64,000 nucleotides of DNA, taken from the NCBI GenBank assembly GCA_025465135.1, contig JAODNA010000049.1:44507-108506 (forward strand), given 5' to 3'. Position 1 is the stretch's first letter; every line of letters starts with the position of its first letter. Position numbers and translations under genes: made by a program. The notes below the pieces were generated by a model. It did no database searches and was not told where the DNA came from. It saw nothing but the letters and a program-made list of their open reading frames with translations. Of the stretch, positions 17,336 to 25,713 are shown piece after piece. Source of the DNA: Frankiales bacterium. GTDB taxonomy: Bacteria > Actinomycetota > Actinomycetes > Mycobacteriales > SCTD01.

Positions 17336-18241
17336 TCAGTCCGCCGGGACGAAACGGATGTCCCCGAACTCTCCGCCCGTCACATGCTTGCCCGTCCACT
17401 GGGCCACGACCACCGCATAGCCGGGGAACTGGTCGTAATGCTCCACGGCCGCGGCCAGCCGAACTCCACGGGCGTCGACCGTGCCGGCCTTCGCGTTCGT
17501 CGCGACGACGCCGCCGATGAGGCTGCATCGAGGTTCCTCGCACGGTGGTCCGAGGACGGGGTCGAGGTGCTCGACCCCGTCAGGGGTCACGATGCTTCCC
17601 GCACAGACATGCTGGAACGGGTCGGGCTGACCCCAGCAGGGAACGGTGCCCGCGCCCGGTCTGGACGCCTCAAGCCAGGTTTGGGAGCCGGCGATGCCCG
17701 TGTCCCGCAGGGATCCCGGAACCGCCTGCGGCAGGTCTGCGTAGGTGAAGTGAAGCAACACGGGGCGACCGTGCTCGCCGACGGCAGAGACGTGGGCAAC
17801 GCCATCCTGGCGCGACGCGCAGCCGTACATCGTGACGGTCGCCGCTGCCGAGCTCGTTTGGTATCGGAACTCGTGCGATCCCCTCGCTGCCTGCGCGGCG
17901 GCTGCGGCCAGACGGGCACACTCCCGCAGGCGCTCGGCGACGTAGGAAGGCGCCGTCGACGCCGTCACGACGGTGATGGTCGCGGCGCCGGACCCCGCGG
18001 AGAGGGTGGATCCGCCGTCGGTCCCGAGCTGTCCATTGGCGCTCCCGCCGCCGCCTGGCAGTCCGGTGATCACGAACGCCGTCGCGGCGGCGGCGAACGC
18101 GCCAGCCGCGCCGAGCGCGGCGCTGCGGCGGCGGTGACGGCGCCTGCCTTCGCGGAACACGGCTGCCGCGGGCGGCATCGCGCCGTGCGAGGCGATCTCC
18201 CGCGCGCCGTCCCGCATCAGTGTGACGAGGGGATCAGTCAT
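17336..18241 (-). CDS. ECF cassette 1 partner P1: single-pass membrane protein (putative anti-sigma/sensor)
   Basis: ATGA overlap with the sigma-1 stop (18238-18241). The N-terminus is MTDPLVTLMRDGAREIA...GRRRHRRRS followed by the TM AALGAAGAFAAAATAFVITGL, then an ectodomain of about 240 aa. No HxxxCxxC motif is present. Confidence 0.8.
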   Translation of the reverse strand: MTDPLVTLMRDGAREIASHGAMPPAAAVFREGRRRHRRRSAALGAAGAFAAAATAFVITGLPGGGGSANGQLGTDGGSTLSAGSGAATITVVTASTAPSYVAERLRECARLAAAAAQAARGSHEFRYQTSSAAATVTMYGCASRQDGVAHVSAVGEHGRPVLLHFTYADLPQAVPGSLRDTGIAGSQTWLEASRPGAGTVPCWGQPDPFQHVCAGSIVTPDGVEHLDPVLGPPCEEPRCSLIGGVVATNAKAGTVDARGVRLAAAVEHYDQFPGYAVVVAQWTGKHVTGGEFGDIRFVPAD

Positions 18242-18774
18242 CGCGCTTGCTCCTGTTCAGCTAAGGACAGCAAGTCGACGAGGCGCGCTCGCGCCCGGAC
18301 AAGCTGCGTCTTGACGGTGTTCTCCGACCTCCCGAGCTCCCGGGCGACCTCAGCAACGGGCAGGTCGAGCAGGTGGTGCAGCACCACCACCTGCCGCTGT
18401 TCACTGGACAGCTGGGCGACCGCTCTGACGACGTCGACGGCGGCCTCCCCCGGAGCAGGCGCCGGCGCCGGTGGGCCTTCTTGCTCAGCGATACGTCGTC
18501 GTACTCGCCGGCGGCGATGGCCGTCGACGGCCAGGTTCATTGCGACGCGCCGCACCCACGCTTCGGGGTTGTCGCACGAACGGACCGTCCGCCAGCGCGC
18601 CGCCGCGCGGGCGAACGCCTCCTGAAGGCAGTCCTGCGCGTCCTGGAGGTCTCCTGTTGCGAGCACGAGCGCGGGCAGCAGGCGTCGGCTGGAGACCCCG
18701 TAGAACTCATCGAAGTCCAACGCCGGTCTGTCCACACCTCGCACACGCGCCAGGTGCTTCCCAGGTTTCTCCAC
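18238..18774 (-). CDS. ECF sigma factor 1 (sigma-70 family, subfamily B)
   Basis: Region 2 is DFDEFY...DAQDCLQEAFARAAARWRTV...NPEAWVRRVAMNLAVD. Region 4 is QRQVVVLHHLLDLPVAEVARELGRSENTVKTQLVRARARL. The true start is possibly GTG 18735 (see the promoter feature). Confidence 0.9.
   Translation of the reverse strand: MEKPGKHLARVRGVDRPALDFDEFYGVSSRRLLPALVLATGDLQDAQDCLQEAFARAAARWRTVRSCDNPEAWVRRVAMNLAVDGHRRRRVRRRIAEQEGPPAPAPAPGEAAVDVVRAVAQLSSEQRQVVVLHHLLDLPVAEVARELGRSENTVKTQLVRARARLVDLLSLAEQEQAR
18743..18767 (-). promoter_or_regulatory. ECF-type promoter candidate for sigma-1 (AACC-N17-GTGT)
   Basis: On the reverse strand, GAAACC (AACC 18767-18764) is followed by 17 nt and GTGT (18746-18743). Seven nt further is the in-frame GTG 18735 (VDRPALDFDEFY...). 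The element lies inside the longest-ORF version of sigma-1, which argues for the shorter, leaderless start. Confidence 0.4.
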
Positions 18775-18859
18775 GTGCCGAATATTCTCGCCTCGACGCT
18801 TGTTCGCCGAGTCAGCCGGCAGTGCCGGGAGCCGCCGTCCGGTGACCTGGCTCCGGACG

Positions 18860-20170
18860 TCAGTGCGTCAAGGGCACCACGATCTGGCTGTTCCCAGTGA
18901 CGCGTACTGCTGTCGATGCGTCGGGCACGAGGGCTGCGTCGCGACCGGCGCGGATCCACGCTCCGGTGCCGATGCGGTACTCCAGGGTGCGCTCGAAGGA
19001 GGCGACGATCCACCCGTCCGAGTCTGGAAGGCGGATCGCGACCGGCAGGGGCGACGCGGGATCGACCTCGCCGCCCGGGACGAATACCTGCCCGGAGCCA
19101 GTTCCGAGGACGGCGTACAGGTGGCTCGGGTCTTCCTCGAGCTGGTGCTCACCGACGACCACCTGTCGGCCGCTCGGCGTCGTGCCGTAGGCGTACCAGA
19201 GGCTGAAGCCCTCCGAGAACGGAGTGCCACCGCTTTGATGCGCGCGCACGGCAGCGTTGAAGCGTGCCCGCAGCTGACCGGCGTCCGCCTGCCAAGATCC
19301 GCCTAGCGGCATCACCGTCTCACCCTGCCCACCGGGGTTGATCCAATCGAGCCGCTTCATTGCTGGCCGCGTGTCCACGACTCCCCCCAACACGCCTCGC
19401 ACGTCGTCCGGGCTGGTGACCGGGAGCAGGCCTAGGTGCACGGAAAGCCCCGGAACTGTTCCCGGTGGAAGCTCGAAGAGCGCGACGCCGTCGTGCTGGG
19501 ACATCGGCGCATAGGTGCGGGATACAGACCCGTCCTTGCCGTACACCCAGCCGAACGAGATGCCGAGCGGCTTGCCGGTATCCAGCGCAGCAACCACGTG
19601 CCGGCCGCTGTCGACGTACCAGGCGATGTCCGACTGGACGCCGGGTGCGGGGTAGGTGTCGGCGACGACTGTGGGCTGGCCGTCCGCCCCGGGACCAACG
19701 AAGCCGAGTAGCTGGTAGACCCCCTCGTGCTCGAGCGAGATGTCGGCGTGGTGGTGCAAGAAGGCGTCCTGACTGACCACAGCTGCCGGCCCCGCGGGGG
19801 TGGTGCCTGCCCAAACGACCTTCGCCTGGCCCCTCATGTCTTCGAAGATGCCTCGCCCAGCGTTGAGCGACGTGGCGTGGCTCGCTCCCCACGCCTGCAG
19901 GACCGAGGCGCGGTACGTGGCATCCGAGGACAGATCGCCGTGGGTCTGACCGTCGAACAGCGCGCCGGCGAACACGACGCGATCCGGGCCCTGACGCGAC
20001 AAGGCGCGCGGTGCTGCGAATCCGACCAGCGCCAGCACGAGTGCTAGGGAGCCAGCCGATGCGCGGCGGCGGCGGATGCGCCGCTGACCGCCGCGGCGCG
20101 TCTGGGTCAGCAGTGCCGGGGACGGCTCGACGTCGGTCGTCGCCAGTTCAAGGAGCTTGGTCAGTTCCAT
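18860..20170 (-). CDS. ECF cassette 2 partner P2: single-pass membrane protein (putative anti-sigma/sensor)
   Basis: ATG 20170 shares 1 nt with the sigma-2 TGA; a TTG at 20176 is an alternative start. The N-terminus is MELTKLLELATTDV...GGQRRIRRRRA followed by the TM SAGSLALVLALVGFAA, then an ectodomain of about 390 aa with no known motif. Confidence 0.8.
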   Translation of the reverse strand: MELTKLLELATTDVEPSPALLTQTRRGGQRRIRRRRASAGSLALVLALVGFAAPRALSRQGPDRVVFAGALFDGQTHGDLSSDATYRASVLQAWGASHATSLNAGRGIFEDMRGQAKVVWAGTTPAGPAAVVSQDAFLHHHADISLEHEGVYQLLGFVGPGADGQPTVVADTYPAPGVQSDIAWYVDSGRHVVAALDTGKPLGISFGWVYGKDGSVSRTYAPMSQHDGVALFELPPGTVPGLSVHLGLLPVTSPDDVRGVLGGVVDTRPAMKRLDWINPGGQGETVMPLGGSWQADAGQLRARFNAAVRAHQSGGTPFSEGFSLWYAYGTTPSGRQVVVGEHQLEEDPSHLYAVLGTGSGQVFVPGGEVDPASPLPVAIRLPDSDGWIVASFERTLEYRIGTGAWIRAGRDAALVPDASTAVRVTGNSQIVVPLTH

Positions 20171-20649
20171 CAGCAAGGTTCCTCAGCAAAGGCGAGTAGT
20201 GCTCGTAGGCGAGGCAGCGCGCGGGCCGTCTGGCTCTTGACCGTGCCGGTGGAGCAACCGAGCGCTGCGGCGGTCTGGTCGATCGACAGGTCATCGAAAA
20301 ACCGGAGGATGACGACGGCTCGCTGACCCGGAGGCAGCGTGGCGAGGGCCGCGAGGACGTCGCGACATGCGGACTCGGGCTCGGTGCCGGCGGCGGCGTC
20401 GCGCTCCCCGAGCGGCACTTCGGCGTGGCGACGGCGGGTGCGCCAGCGATTGGTGGCGGCGTGCGCGATTGCTCGCCTCGCGTACGCGTGCGGGTCGTCG
20501 ATCCGGGACCAGCGTGCGTACATGCGCTCCAGGACGTCTTGCAGGAGGTCCTCTGCGGTACCGCGGTCGCCGACCAGCAGGAAGGCGGTGCGGAGCAAGC
20601 GACGGGACGCTCCTAGGACGAAAACGTCGAAGCCCTCGTCCCTCGCCAC
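20170..20649 (-). CDS. ECF sigma factor 2 (subfamily A, actinobacterial SigE-like type)
   Basis: Region 2 is FDVFVLGASRRLLRTAFLLVGDRGTAEDLLQDVLERMYARWSRIDDPHAYARRA. Region 4 is GQRAVVILRFFDDLSIDQTAAALGCSTGTVKSQTARALPRLR. Confidence 0.9.
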   Translation of the reverse strand: MARDEGFDVFVLGASRRLLRTAFLLVGDRGTAEDLLQDVLERMYARWSRIDDPHAYARRAIAHAATNRWRTRRRHAEVPLGERDAAAGTEPESACRDVLAALATLPPGQRAVVILRFFDDLSIDQTAAALGCSTGTVKSQTARALPRLRALLAFAEEPC

Positions 20650-20680
20650 GTGCCTGCCTCTCTTCGGTCCCGAGGGAAGG

Positions 20681-20704
20681 ACACCGCAGGCGGGCTCCTA
20701 GGTT
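20681..20704 (-). promoter_or_regulatory. ECF-type promoter candidate for sigma-2 (AACC-N16-GTGT)
   Basis: The reverse strand reads GACAACC-taggagcccgcctgcg-GTGTCC. A 31-nt leader containing AAGAGAGG precedes GTG 20649. Confidence 0.4.
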
Positions 20705-20708
20705 GTCA

Positions 20709-20722
20709 CGCCCTATAGGGCG
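20709..20722. promoter_or_regulatory. 14-bp perfect palindrome CGCCCTATAGGGCG in the sigma-2/sigma-3 divergent region
   Basis: It is self-complementary over all 14 nt and has an AT core in very GC-rich surroundings. It lies 5 nt upstream of the sigma-2 candidate -35. Confidence 0.3.
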
Positions 20723-20867
20723 AGAGACCGGGACACGAGCAGCACGAGCGTGGAGCTGGTGGCGCACGGCCCACGACACGATGAAGCGGACGACTCCTCC
20801 CGACGATGCAAGGGCCGTCCGGTGCGTCCCGCGGGGGCGCCTGCGCCAAATACTTCGATCGAACGAG

Positions 20868-20892
20868 AACCGCTGGGCGCTCGACAGCGTGT
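20868..20892 (+). promoter_or_regulatory. ECF-type promoter candidate for sigma-3 (AACC-N17-GTGT)
   Basis: The sequence is GAGAACC-gctgggcgctcgacagc-GTGTGT. A 42-nt leader precedes GTG 20935. Confidence 0.4.
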
Positions 20893-20934
20893 GTTGGGCG
20901 TGGCTGCTGCACGCGGCGGCCGGAACGGGACGGT

Positions 20935-21411
20935 GTGGACGACTTCGAAAGCTTCTACGTGGGCAGCTATCGGCGGCTGTTCCACGACCTCCTGCTGGTG
21001 ACCGCCGACCAGGCCGATACCGAAGACGTCCTGCAGGACGCCTACACGCGGGCGGCTGTTCGCTGGCGCAGGGTGCGCTCGCTGGACAACCCTGAGGCGT
21101 GGGTACGACGGGTCGCGATCAACCGAAGCCTCGACCTGCACCGGCGGCACAGCCGGCAGCGTCGCGCCTACGCCAGGCTGGCGCCAGCCGTCGAGCACCA
21201 GGACGACCTGAGTCTCGAGGTCCTCGACGCCCTGCGGCAGCTGCTCCCAGAGCTTCGCCAGGTCGTTGTGCTGCACCACCTGCTCGGCGAGACCGTCGAG
21301 TCCATCGCGGCCATCGTCGGTCGCCCGACCGGGACCGTGAAGGGTCAGCTCGTCCGCGGCCGTGCCGCGCTGCACGCTGCCCTGAGTCCCGCTGCCGAGG
21401 AGCTGTCGTGA
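20935..21411 (+). CDS. ECF sigma factor 3 (subfamily B)
   Basis: Lies in ORF 20806..21411. The in-frame GTG 20935 gives VDDFESFYVGSYRRLFHDLLLVTADQADTEDVLQDAYTRAAVRWRRV...NPEAWVRRVAINRSLD. Region 4 is LRQVVVLHHLLGETVESIAAIVGRPTGTVKGQLVRGRAAL. Confidence 0.9.
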   Translation: MDDFESFYVGSYRRLFHDLLLVTADQADTEDVLQDAYTRAAVRWRRVRSLDNPEAWVRRVAINRSLDLHRRHSRQRRAYARLAPAVEHQDDLSLEVLDALRQLLPELRQVVVLHHLLGETVESIAAIVGRPTGTVKGQLVRGRAALHAALSPAAEELS

Positions 21412-22517
21412 CGGACCAGCTGGATTCGCTGCTCGCGCACACCGCCGAGCACCTCAGCAGGGACGTCGTCGCTCCGCCCTCCGGCCCACTGCTCGCGCGG
21501 GCCCGCCGTCGGCGCGTGCTGCGCGTCGCGGTGCCGACGGTGCTGACGCCGCTCCTGGCTGCGACGCTCGCTGTGGCCCTCGGCGCTGGGCCGTCTCTGG
21601 TGCTCCCGGGCCACCACGGCCTGCGGACGGTCTACGCCAGGGGCGGCCCCGAGCTCGGGCACCTGCCGCTGCCCGCCGCCGCGCGTGCACAGCTGGCAGA
21701 GCTCGGCGGCGACCTCGCCGCGGACGCGCCCGCCGACCTGCTGGCTGTCGCGACGACCAAGAACGGCCGAGCCAGGCTGATCGGATTCCAGCGACGCAGC
21801 GGCGCCCGCTGCGTCTTCCAGGACTACGTCGTGCCGTTTCTGAACTCCAACGGCGGTGTGGATTGCGGGCTGAACGGAAGGGAGCCCCTCGACCGGCAGC
21901 CGATCACCGTGGCCGGGAGCGCGGACAGCACCCCGGGCTCCATCAAAGCGGCGCCCATCTCGTTCGGCTCGGCACCTCCGGGCACCCGTACCGTCGAGTT
22001 CACCGCGCCAGCGACTCAGACGGTCCGCGCCGTCGCCCGCGACGGCGGGCCGGCTTACCGCCATCGGTCCTTCTTCCTCACCTCGTGGCCGGTGGGCGTG
22101 AGTTCCACCGTGCGGGCCCTTGATGCGCAGGGTCGCGAGCTGGCTCGCGTCCAGCTGCCGGGACAGGATGCCCGGCAGGTTGCCCGCCAGTGTCAGGACG
22201 TGGCGGGTGTCCTGCTGTCGCACCTGCAGCGCGCAACGCTCGTCGGTACGAAATGGGCGCGGGCGCATCCCCAGTCCGGAGATGCCGCCAGACTCCGCTT
22301 CCTCGACGGTGTCGCCGTCGGTCCGGGCCGACACGTTGCTCGCGAGTCCGAGGCGCTCGCGCGTCTGCAACTCGCGGACGCTGAAGCGTCCCGGCTCGGC
22401 CCAGAGGAGACCTACGAGTACCGGCTCGCAGCTGTGCTCCTCCTTGGTGACGGCAAGGGCTGCTTCACCGGACCGATCCTGTCGACGGCCCGTGAGTTCC
22501 TCAGCAAGACCCGCTGA
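21408..22517 (+). CDS. ECF cassette 3 partner P3: single-pass membrane protein
   Basis: GTGA overlap with the sigma-3 stop (21408-21411). The N-terminus is VTDQLDSLLAHTAEHLS...ARARRRRVLRV followed by the TM AVPTVLTPLLAATLAVALGAG, then an ectodomain of about 310 aa. Confidence 0.8.
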   Translation: MTDQLDSLLAHTAEHLSRDVVAPPSGPLLARARRRRVLRVAVPTVLTPLLAATLAVALGAGPSLVLPGHHGLRTVYARGGPELGHLPLPAAARAQLAELGGDLAADAPADLLAVATTKNGRARLIGFQRRSGARCVFQDYVVPFLNSNGGVDCGLNGREPLDRQPITVAGSADSTPGSIKAAPISFGSAPPGTRTVEFTAPATQTVRAVARDGGPAYRHRSFFLTSWPVGVSSTVRALDAQGRELARVQLPGQDARQVARQCQDVAGVLLSHLQRATLVGTKWARAHPQSGDAARLRFLDGVAVGPGRHVARESEALARLQLADAEASRLGPEETYEYRLAAVLLLGDGKGCFTGPILSTAREFLSKTR

Positions 22518-22602
22518 CCTGCACAGACCGAGGCAGGAGATGGGCGCGACCTGCCGAATAGGGGGCCTAGGTCACCGGTGCCAGACCGCTCAGGGGGTTG
22601 CT

Positions 22603-23082
22603 GTGAAGGTCCGAGGTCTCCTCCTCGCCATGACCGCGCTCGCGACCGCGTCGGCTCTGCCCGCCTCAGCCGGCGGCTCCGTGGCCCTGTCCCCCGGCCA
22701 GACGGCGTCGATCAAGGGTCACCTGCAGGGCGTCTCGCCAACCGGTCCGGTGTACGCCCCCGGCGCGGCCGACGTCTGCATCAGCAACGCGTGCGACGTC
22801 ACGACCGTGAAGCTGCGGCTGCCAGCCGGCAGGCGCGGGGACCTCACCGTCAACGCTGTGGCGGGCGCGACGGTCGTCGGCTTGACCATCCGCGTCTTCG
22901 ACGTCACCGGACAGCTGTTGGGCTCGAACACGGCTGGCGGCACCGCCGTCACCGCGACTCCGTCTCAAGGCGCACAAGCCGTCGTGCGGGGCCTGTCGGC
23001 TGCGTCGTACACGGTGCAGCTCTCGGTCGGAGCAGGGACGGCTGACTTCACCGAGACCCTGAAGCTCGCTGTGGCCCGGTAG
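22603..23082 (+). CDS. Small secreted beta-rich protein (pre-peptidase C-terminal/PPC-like pattern, tentative)
   Basis: Lies in ORF 22120..23082. GTG 22603 follows CAGGGGG and gives the signal peptide VKVRGLLLAMTALATASALPASA. The body resembles a PPC-type beta sandwich (DLTVNAVAG...LTIRVFDVTGQLLG...SYTVQLSVGAGTADF). This is recalled pattern only. Confidence 0.7.
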   Translation: MKVRGLLLAMTALATASALPASAGGSVALSPGQTASIKGHLQGVSPTGPVYAPGAADVCISNACDVTTVKLRLPAGRRGDLTVNAVAGATVVGLTIRVFDVTGQLLGSNTAGGTAVTATPSQGAQAVVRGLSAASYTVQLSVGAGTADFTETLKLAVAR

Positions 23083-23095
23083 CTCCCACGCCTTC

Positions 23096-23446
23096 ATGGT
23101 CAAGCAGAAGCTCGCCGGGTCGGTGCTGCTCGCCCTGGCTGCGCTCGTCTTCCTCGTGCCGTGGCCGCACCACGTCTTGACGTGGACAGGAACGTCCAAC
23201 GGCCAGACCGTGGACTCCGCCGCCTATGCGCGGAGCTTCAAGATCACCACCGCGCAGGTTCCCAGCATCCAGAGGGGCGACCCGGTCCTCACTGCCATCG
23301 TCCGCTCGAATCAGGCCGCCGCGCACAATGGCCTGGCGGCGAACCGGCGTCTGCTGTGCTTGGTGCTCGGGCTGCCAGGTGCCTACCTCCTTGGACGGGG
23401 CCGCCGTGGCAGCGCGGCCGCTCACAGCGGGCCGGGCACCAGCTAG
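23096..23446 (+). CDS. Small hypothetical membrane protein
   Basis: The N-terminal TM is GSVLLALAALVFLVPW and a second hydrophobic segment is LLCLVLGLPGAYLL. It lies 13 nt after the preceding gene. Confidence 0.55.
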   Translation: MVKQKLAGSVLLALAALVFLVPWPHHVLTWTGTSNGQTVDSAAYARSFKITTAQVPSIQRGDPVLTAIVRSNQAAAHNGLAANRRLLCLVLGLPGAYLLGRGRRGSAAAHSGPGTS

Positions 23447-23502
23447 AGCGCACGCTGCGGCACAGGAGGTGGCGGGCAGGAGAGCTCGGCAGAACGCGCG
23501 AA

Positions 23503-24030
23503 CTACTGGACCTGGAGCTGGAGCATCGCCAGGGCCTGGCCAGCACCGCACGGCGTCGGCGACTCCAGCTCGGTCAGCAGCGCGTAGGACCCACTCGCCA
23601 ACTGGTCCGGACGCGCGACCTTGACGGTGAGCTCGGGCCCGGTTGCAGCCGACTTTCCTGAAGCCAGAGCAAGGTGATCGGCATCCCGTGCGGTCACGCT
23701 GTCGTTCTGAGTGCCCGCCGGGAGGACGAAGACCTGCAACCCCGAGAACGCAGTCACCGAGCCGGCAGCGCTCCGGACCGTGACCGAGAGCCCGTCATGA
23801 CGGCTGATCGTGCTGCTGGCCGGGGACTCATGGATCCCGTCTTCGGCCATGACCCCGTTGACCAGAACCGCGAAGGGCGGCGCCAGACCCGGACCGGTGC
23901 ACGGCGTAGGCGGGCTGGACTCGTGGGTCTGGGCGGCTCCGGCCCGCTCCGCGTCGCCAGCCGTGACCGTGCCGCAACCGGCCGCCAACGACACGCACGC
24001 CAGCAGCCCGAGCAGAGGACGGACGGCCAT
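23503..24030 (-). CDS. Lipoprotein, divergent from sigma-4
   Basis: The N-terminus MAVRPLLGLLACVSLAAGC carries the lipobox LAAGC. Two further Cys residues are present. No known domain. Confidence 0.75.
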   Translation of the reverse strand: MAVRPLLGLLACVSLAAGCGTVTAGDAERAGAAQTHESSPPTPCTGPGLAPPFAVLVNGVMAEDGIHESPASSTISRHDGLSVTVRSAAGSVTAFSGLQVFVLPAGTQNDSVTARDADHLALASGKSAATGPELTVKVARPDQLASGSYALLTELESPTPCGAGQALAMLQLQVQ

Positions 24031-24081
24031 GCGGCGCAGTATCCCCAGCGCAGCGCTATCCCTCGCTTCTGCCGTCTACTC

Positions 24082-24106
24082 AACCGATCGGGCGGCTCGC
24101 GCGTTT
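24082..24106 (+). promoter_or_regulatory. ECF-type promoter candidate for sigma-4 (AACC-N17-GTTT)
   Basis: The sequence is CTCAACC-gatcgggcggctcgcgc-GTTTGATGAG, with 8 nt before GTG 24115. It shares the 11-mer TTGATGAGGTG with the sigma-8 promoter/start region. Confidence 0.4.
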
Positions 24107-24114
24107 GATGAGGT

Positions 24115-24654
24115 GTGGGCATTGACGGGAAGGGCACGAGCGCGGACTTCGATGCGTTCGTGGCCAGCCGCGCGACCGCACTGCTTCGATACGGCGTTCT
24201 GCTGTTCGGCAACCAGGGCGATGCTGAAGACGCGCTCCAGGACGGGCTGGAGAAGACGTGGCGTCGATGGGACCGCCTGTCCGGGGCCGCGCCCGAGGCC
24301 TACGTCCGCCAGTGCCTGTTGAACGCGGCACGAGACTCGGCGAGGCGTCGCCGGGTACGCCTGAACGCCGCTGCCCGCCTCTTCACCAGGCCTCCTGAGT
24401 CCGTGACCACCGCCGTGGATGGCCGGGACGAGTTGCTGCAGGCCCTCGGGGCGTTACCCCCTCGGCAACGCGCAGTGCTGCTCCTGCGCTACTGGCTGGA
24501 CATGGCCGAGGCCGATGTCGCCCGCGAGCTCGGCTGCTCGGTCGGGACGGTGAAGAGCCAGGCAGCTCGCGGGCTAGCCAGGCTGCGCAGCACCGACGCG
24601 CGGCTGCCTGAGGCAACCGCGCGCTCGACATCACGGACCGGAGAGACGGCATGA
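24115..24654 (+). CDS. ECF sigma factor 4 (subfamily A)
   Basis: Region 2 is DFDAFVASRATALLRYGVLLFGNQGDAEDALQDGLEKTWRRWDRL...PEAYVRQCLLNAARD. Region 4 is RQRAVLLLRYWLDMAEADVARELGCSVGTVKSQAARGLARLR. Confidence 0.9.
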   Translation: MGIDGKGTSADFDAFVASRATALLRYGVLLFGNQGDAEDALQDGLEKTWRRWDRLSGAAPEAYVRQCLLNAARDSARRRRVRLNAAARLFTRPPESVTTAVDGRDELLQALGALPPRQRAVLLLRYWLDMAEADVARELGCSVGTVKSQAARGLARLRSTDARLPEATARSTSRTGETA

Positions 24655-25691
24655 CCGACACCGAGCTCATCGCGCGCTTCCGCCAGGCCTGCGAGGACGC
24701 CACCGACGCGGTGGAGGCACCGTCGCTGTTCGTCCCGGCGCGAGCTCGGCGTGCCCGGCGCACCCGGTGGGGAGCGCCGTTGGCGAGTGCGGTTCTCGCC
24801 GGCGGCGCCGCCTTGGGAGCGTTCATGCTCCAGCAGCAGCTCGGTGCGACGGCGCACCGATCTGACGCGACCGTGCAGTTCGCCGGGGTGTGCGACAGCC
24901 CGTACAACGTGCCGGCCCGCCCCGGCCACGTGATCGCGAAGGGGTTCCGGGTCGGCGACATCGTCGTTGCACCCGCCGGCGGCACTCCCGTCCCCTCCGA
25001 GGCGACGGTGCGGGCCCAGCTCCGGAAGGCAGATCTTCCGGTCGGCGCGCAACTGAGGTGGGCCTCGATCATCGAACCCGCCCTGTCCCCCACCGCCACG
25101 GACCACTGGCTCCTGACCAGCTGCGGGCAACCGGGCGCCTTCCTGCGGCCGACAGCCACGGACCCGTCGCCGATGTCTCGGATCTACCAGACCGCCACCT
25201 ACAGCGTCGTCGGTCCGACAGGGCAGCCCGGACAGCCGTTCACGGTCCAGCTGAACCAGCCGCAGTGCCCGCATCGCATCGGCACTGCCGGGGGACCCAG
25301 CAACGGGAAGCCAAGCTCAGCCCGCCTGGTGGACGGGCACGTGACCGCTGGTCTGTTCTGCCGCTACTACTCGGTCCTTCCGGGCCCCGGAAACAAGTAC
25401 CCCGGCACCGAGCACGGTGCCGCTGGGATCCCCCCGGATCTGGCTGCCGCGATGGCCAAGGCGATCAACGCACTTCCACCTGCCAGTGGGGTGGCCATGA
25501 GCTGTCCGAACGACATCGGCGTGACCGACGTCCTGTCCTTCCAGACCTCGAACGGACCGCAGCAGGTCTGGGTCTCGGCCACCGGCTGCAACGTCTTCAA
25601 GAACGGAGCCCGGGTCGCGATCGGGAGTGGGCCGGCGATGGCGACCTACCTCGAGCTCCGGGCTCGCCTCGTCCTGCCTAGCGTCCGGTGA
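24651..25691 (+). CDS. ECF cassette 4 partner P4: single-pass membrane protein
   Basis: ATGA overlap at 24651-24654. The N-terminus is MTDTELIARFRQACEDA...ARARRARRTRW followed by the TM GAPLASAVLAGGAALGAFML, then a Cys-containing ectodomain of about 285 aa. Confidence 0.8.
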   Translation: MTDTELIARFRQACEDATDAVEAPSLFVPARARRARRTRWGAPLASAVLAGGAALGAFMLQQQLGATAHRSDATVQFAGVCDSPYNVPARPGHVIAKGFRVGDIVVAPAGGTPVPSEATVRAQLRKADLPVGAQLRWASIIEPALSPTATDHWLLTSCGQPGAFLRPTATDPSPMSRIYQTATYSVVGPTGQPGQPFTVQLNQPQCPHRIGTAGGPSNGKPSSARLVDGHVTAGLFCRYYSVLPGPGNKYPGTEHGAAGIPPDLAAAMAKAINALPPASGVAMSCPNDIGVTDVLSFQTSNGPQQVWVSATGCNVFKNGARVAIGSGPAMATYLELRARLVLPSVR

Positions 25692-25713
25692 CGCAGCGGG
25701 CGCTCAGCCATCG

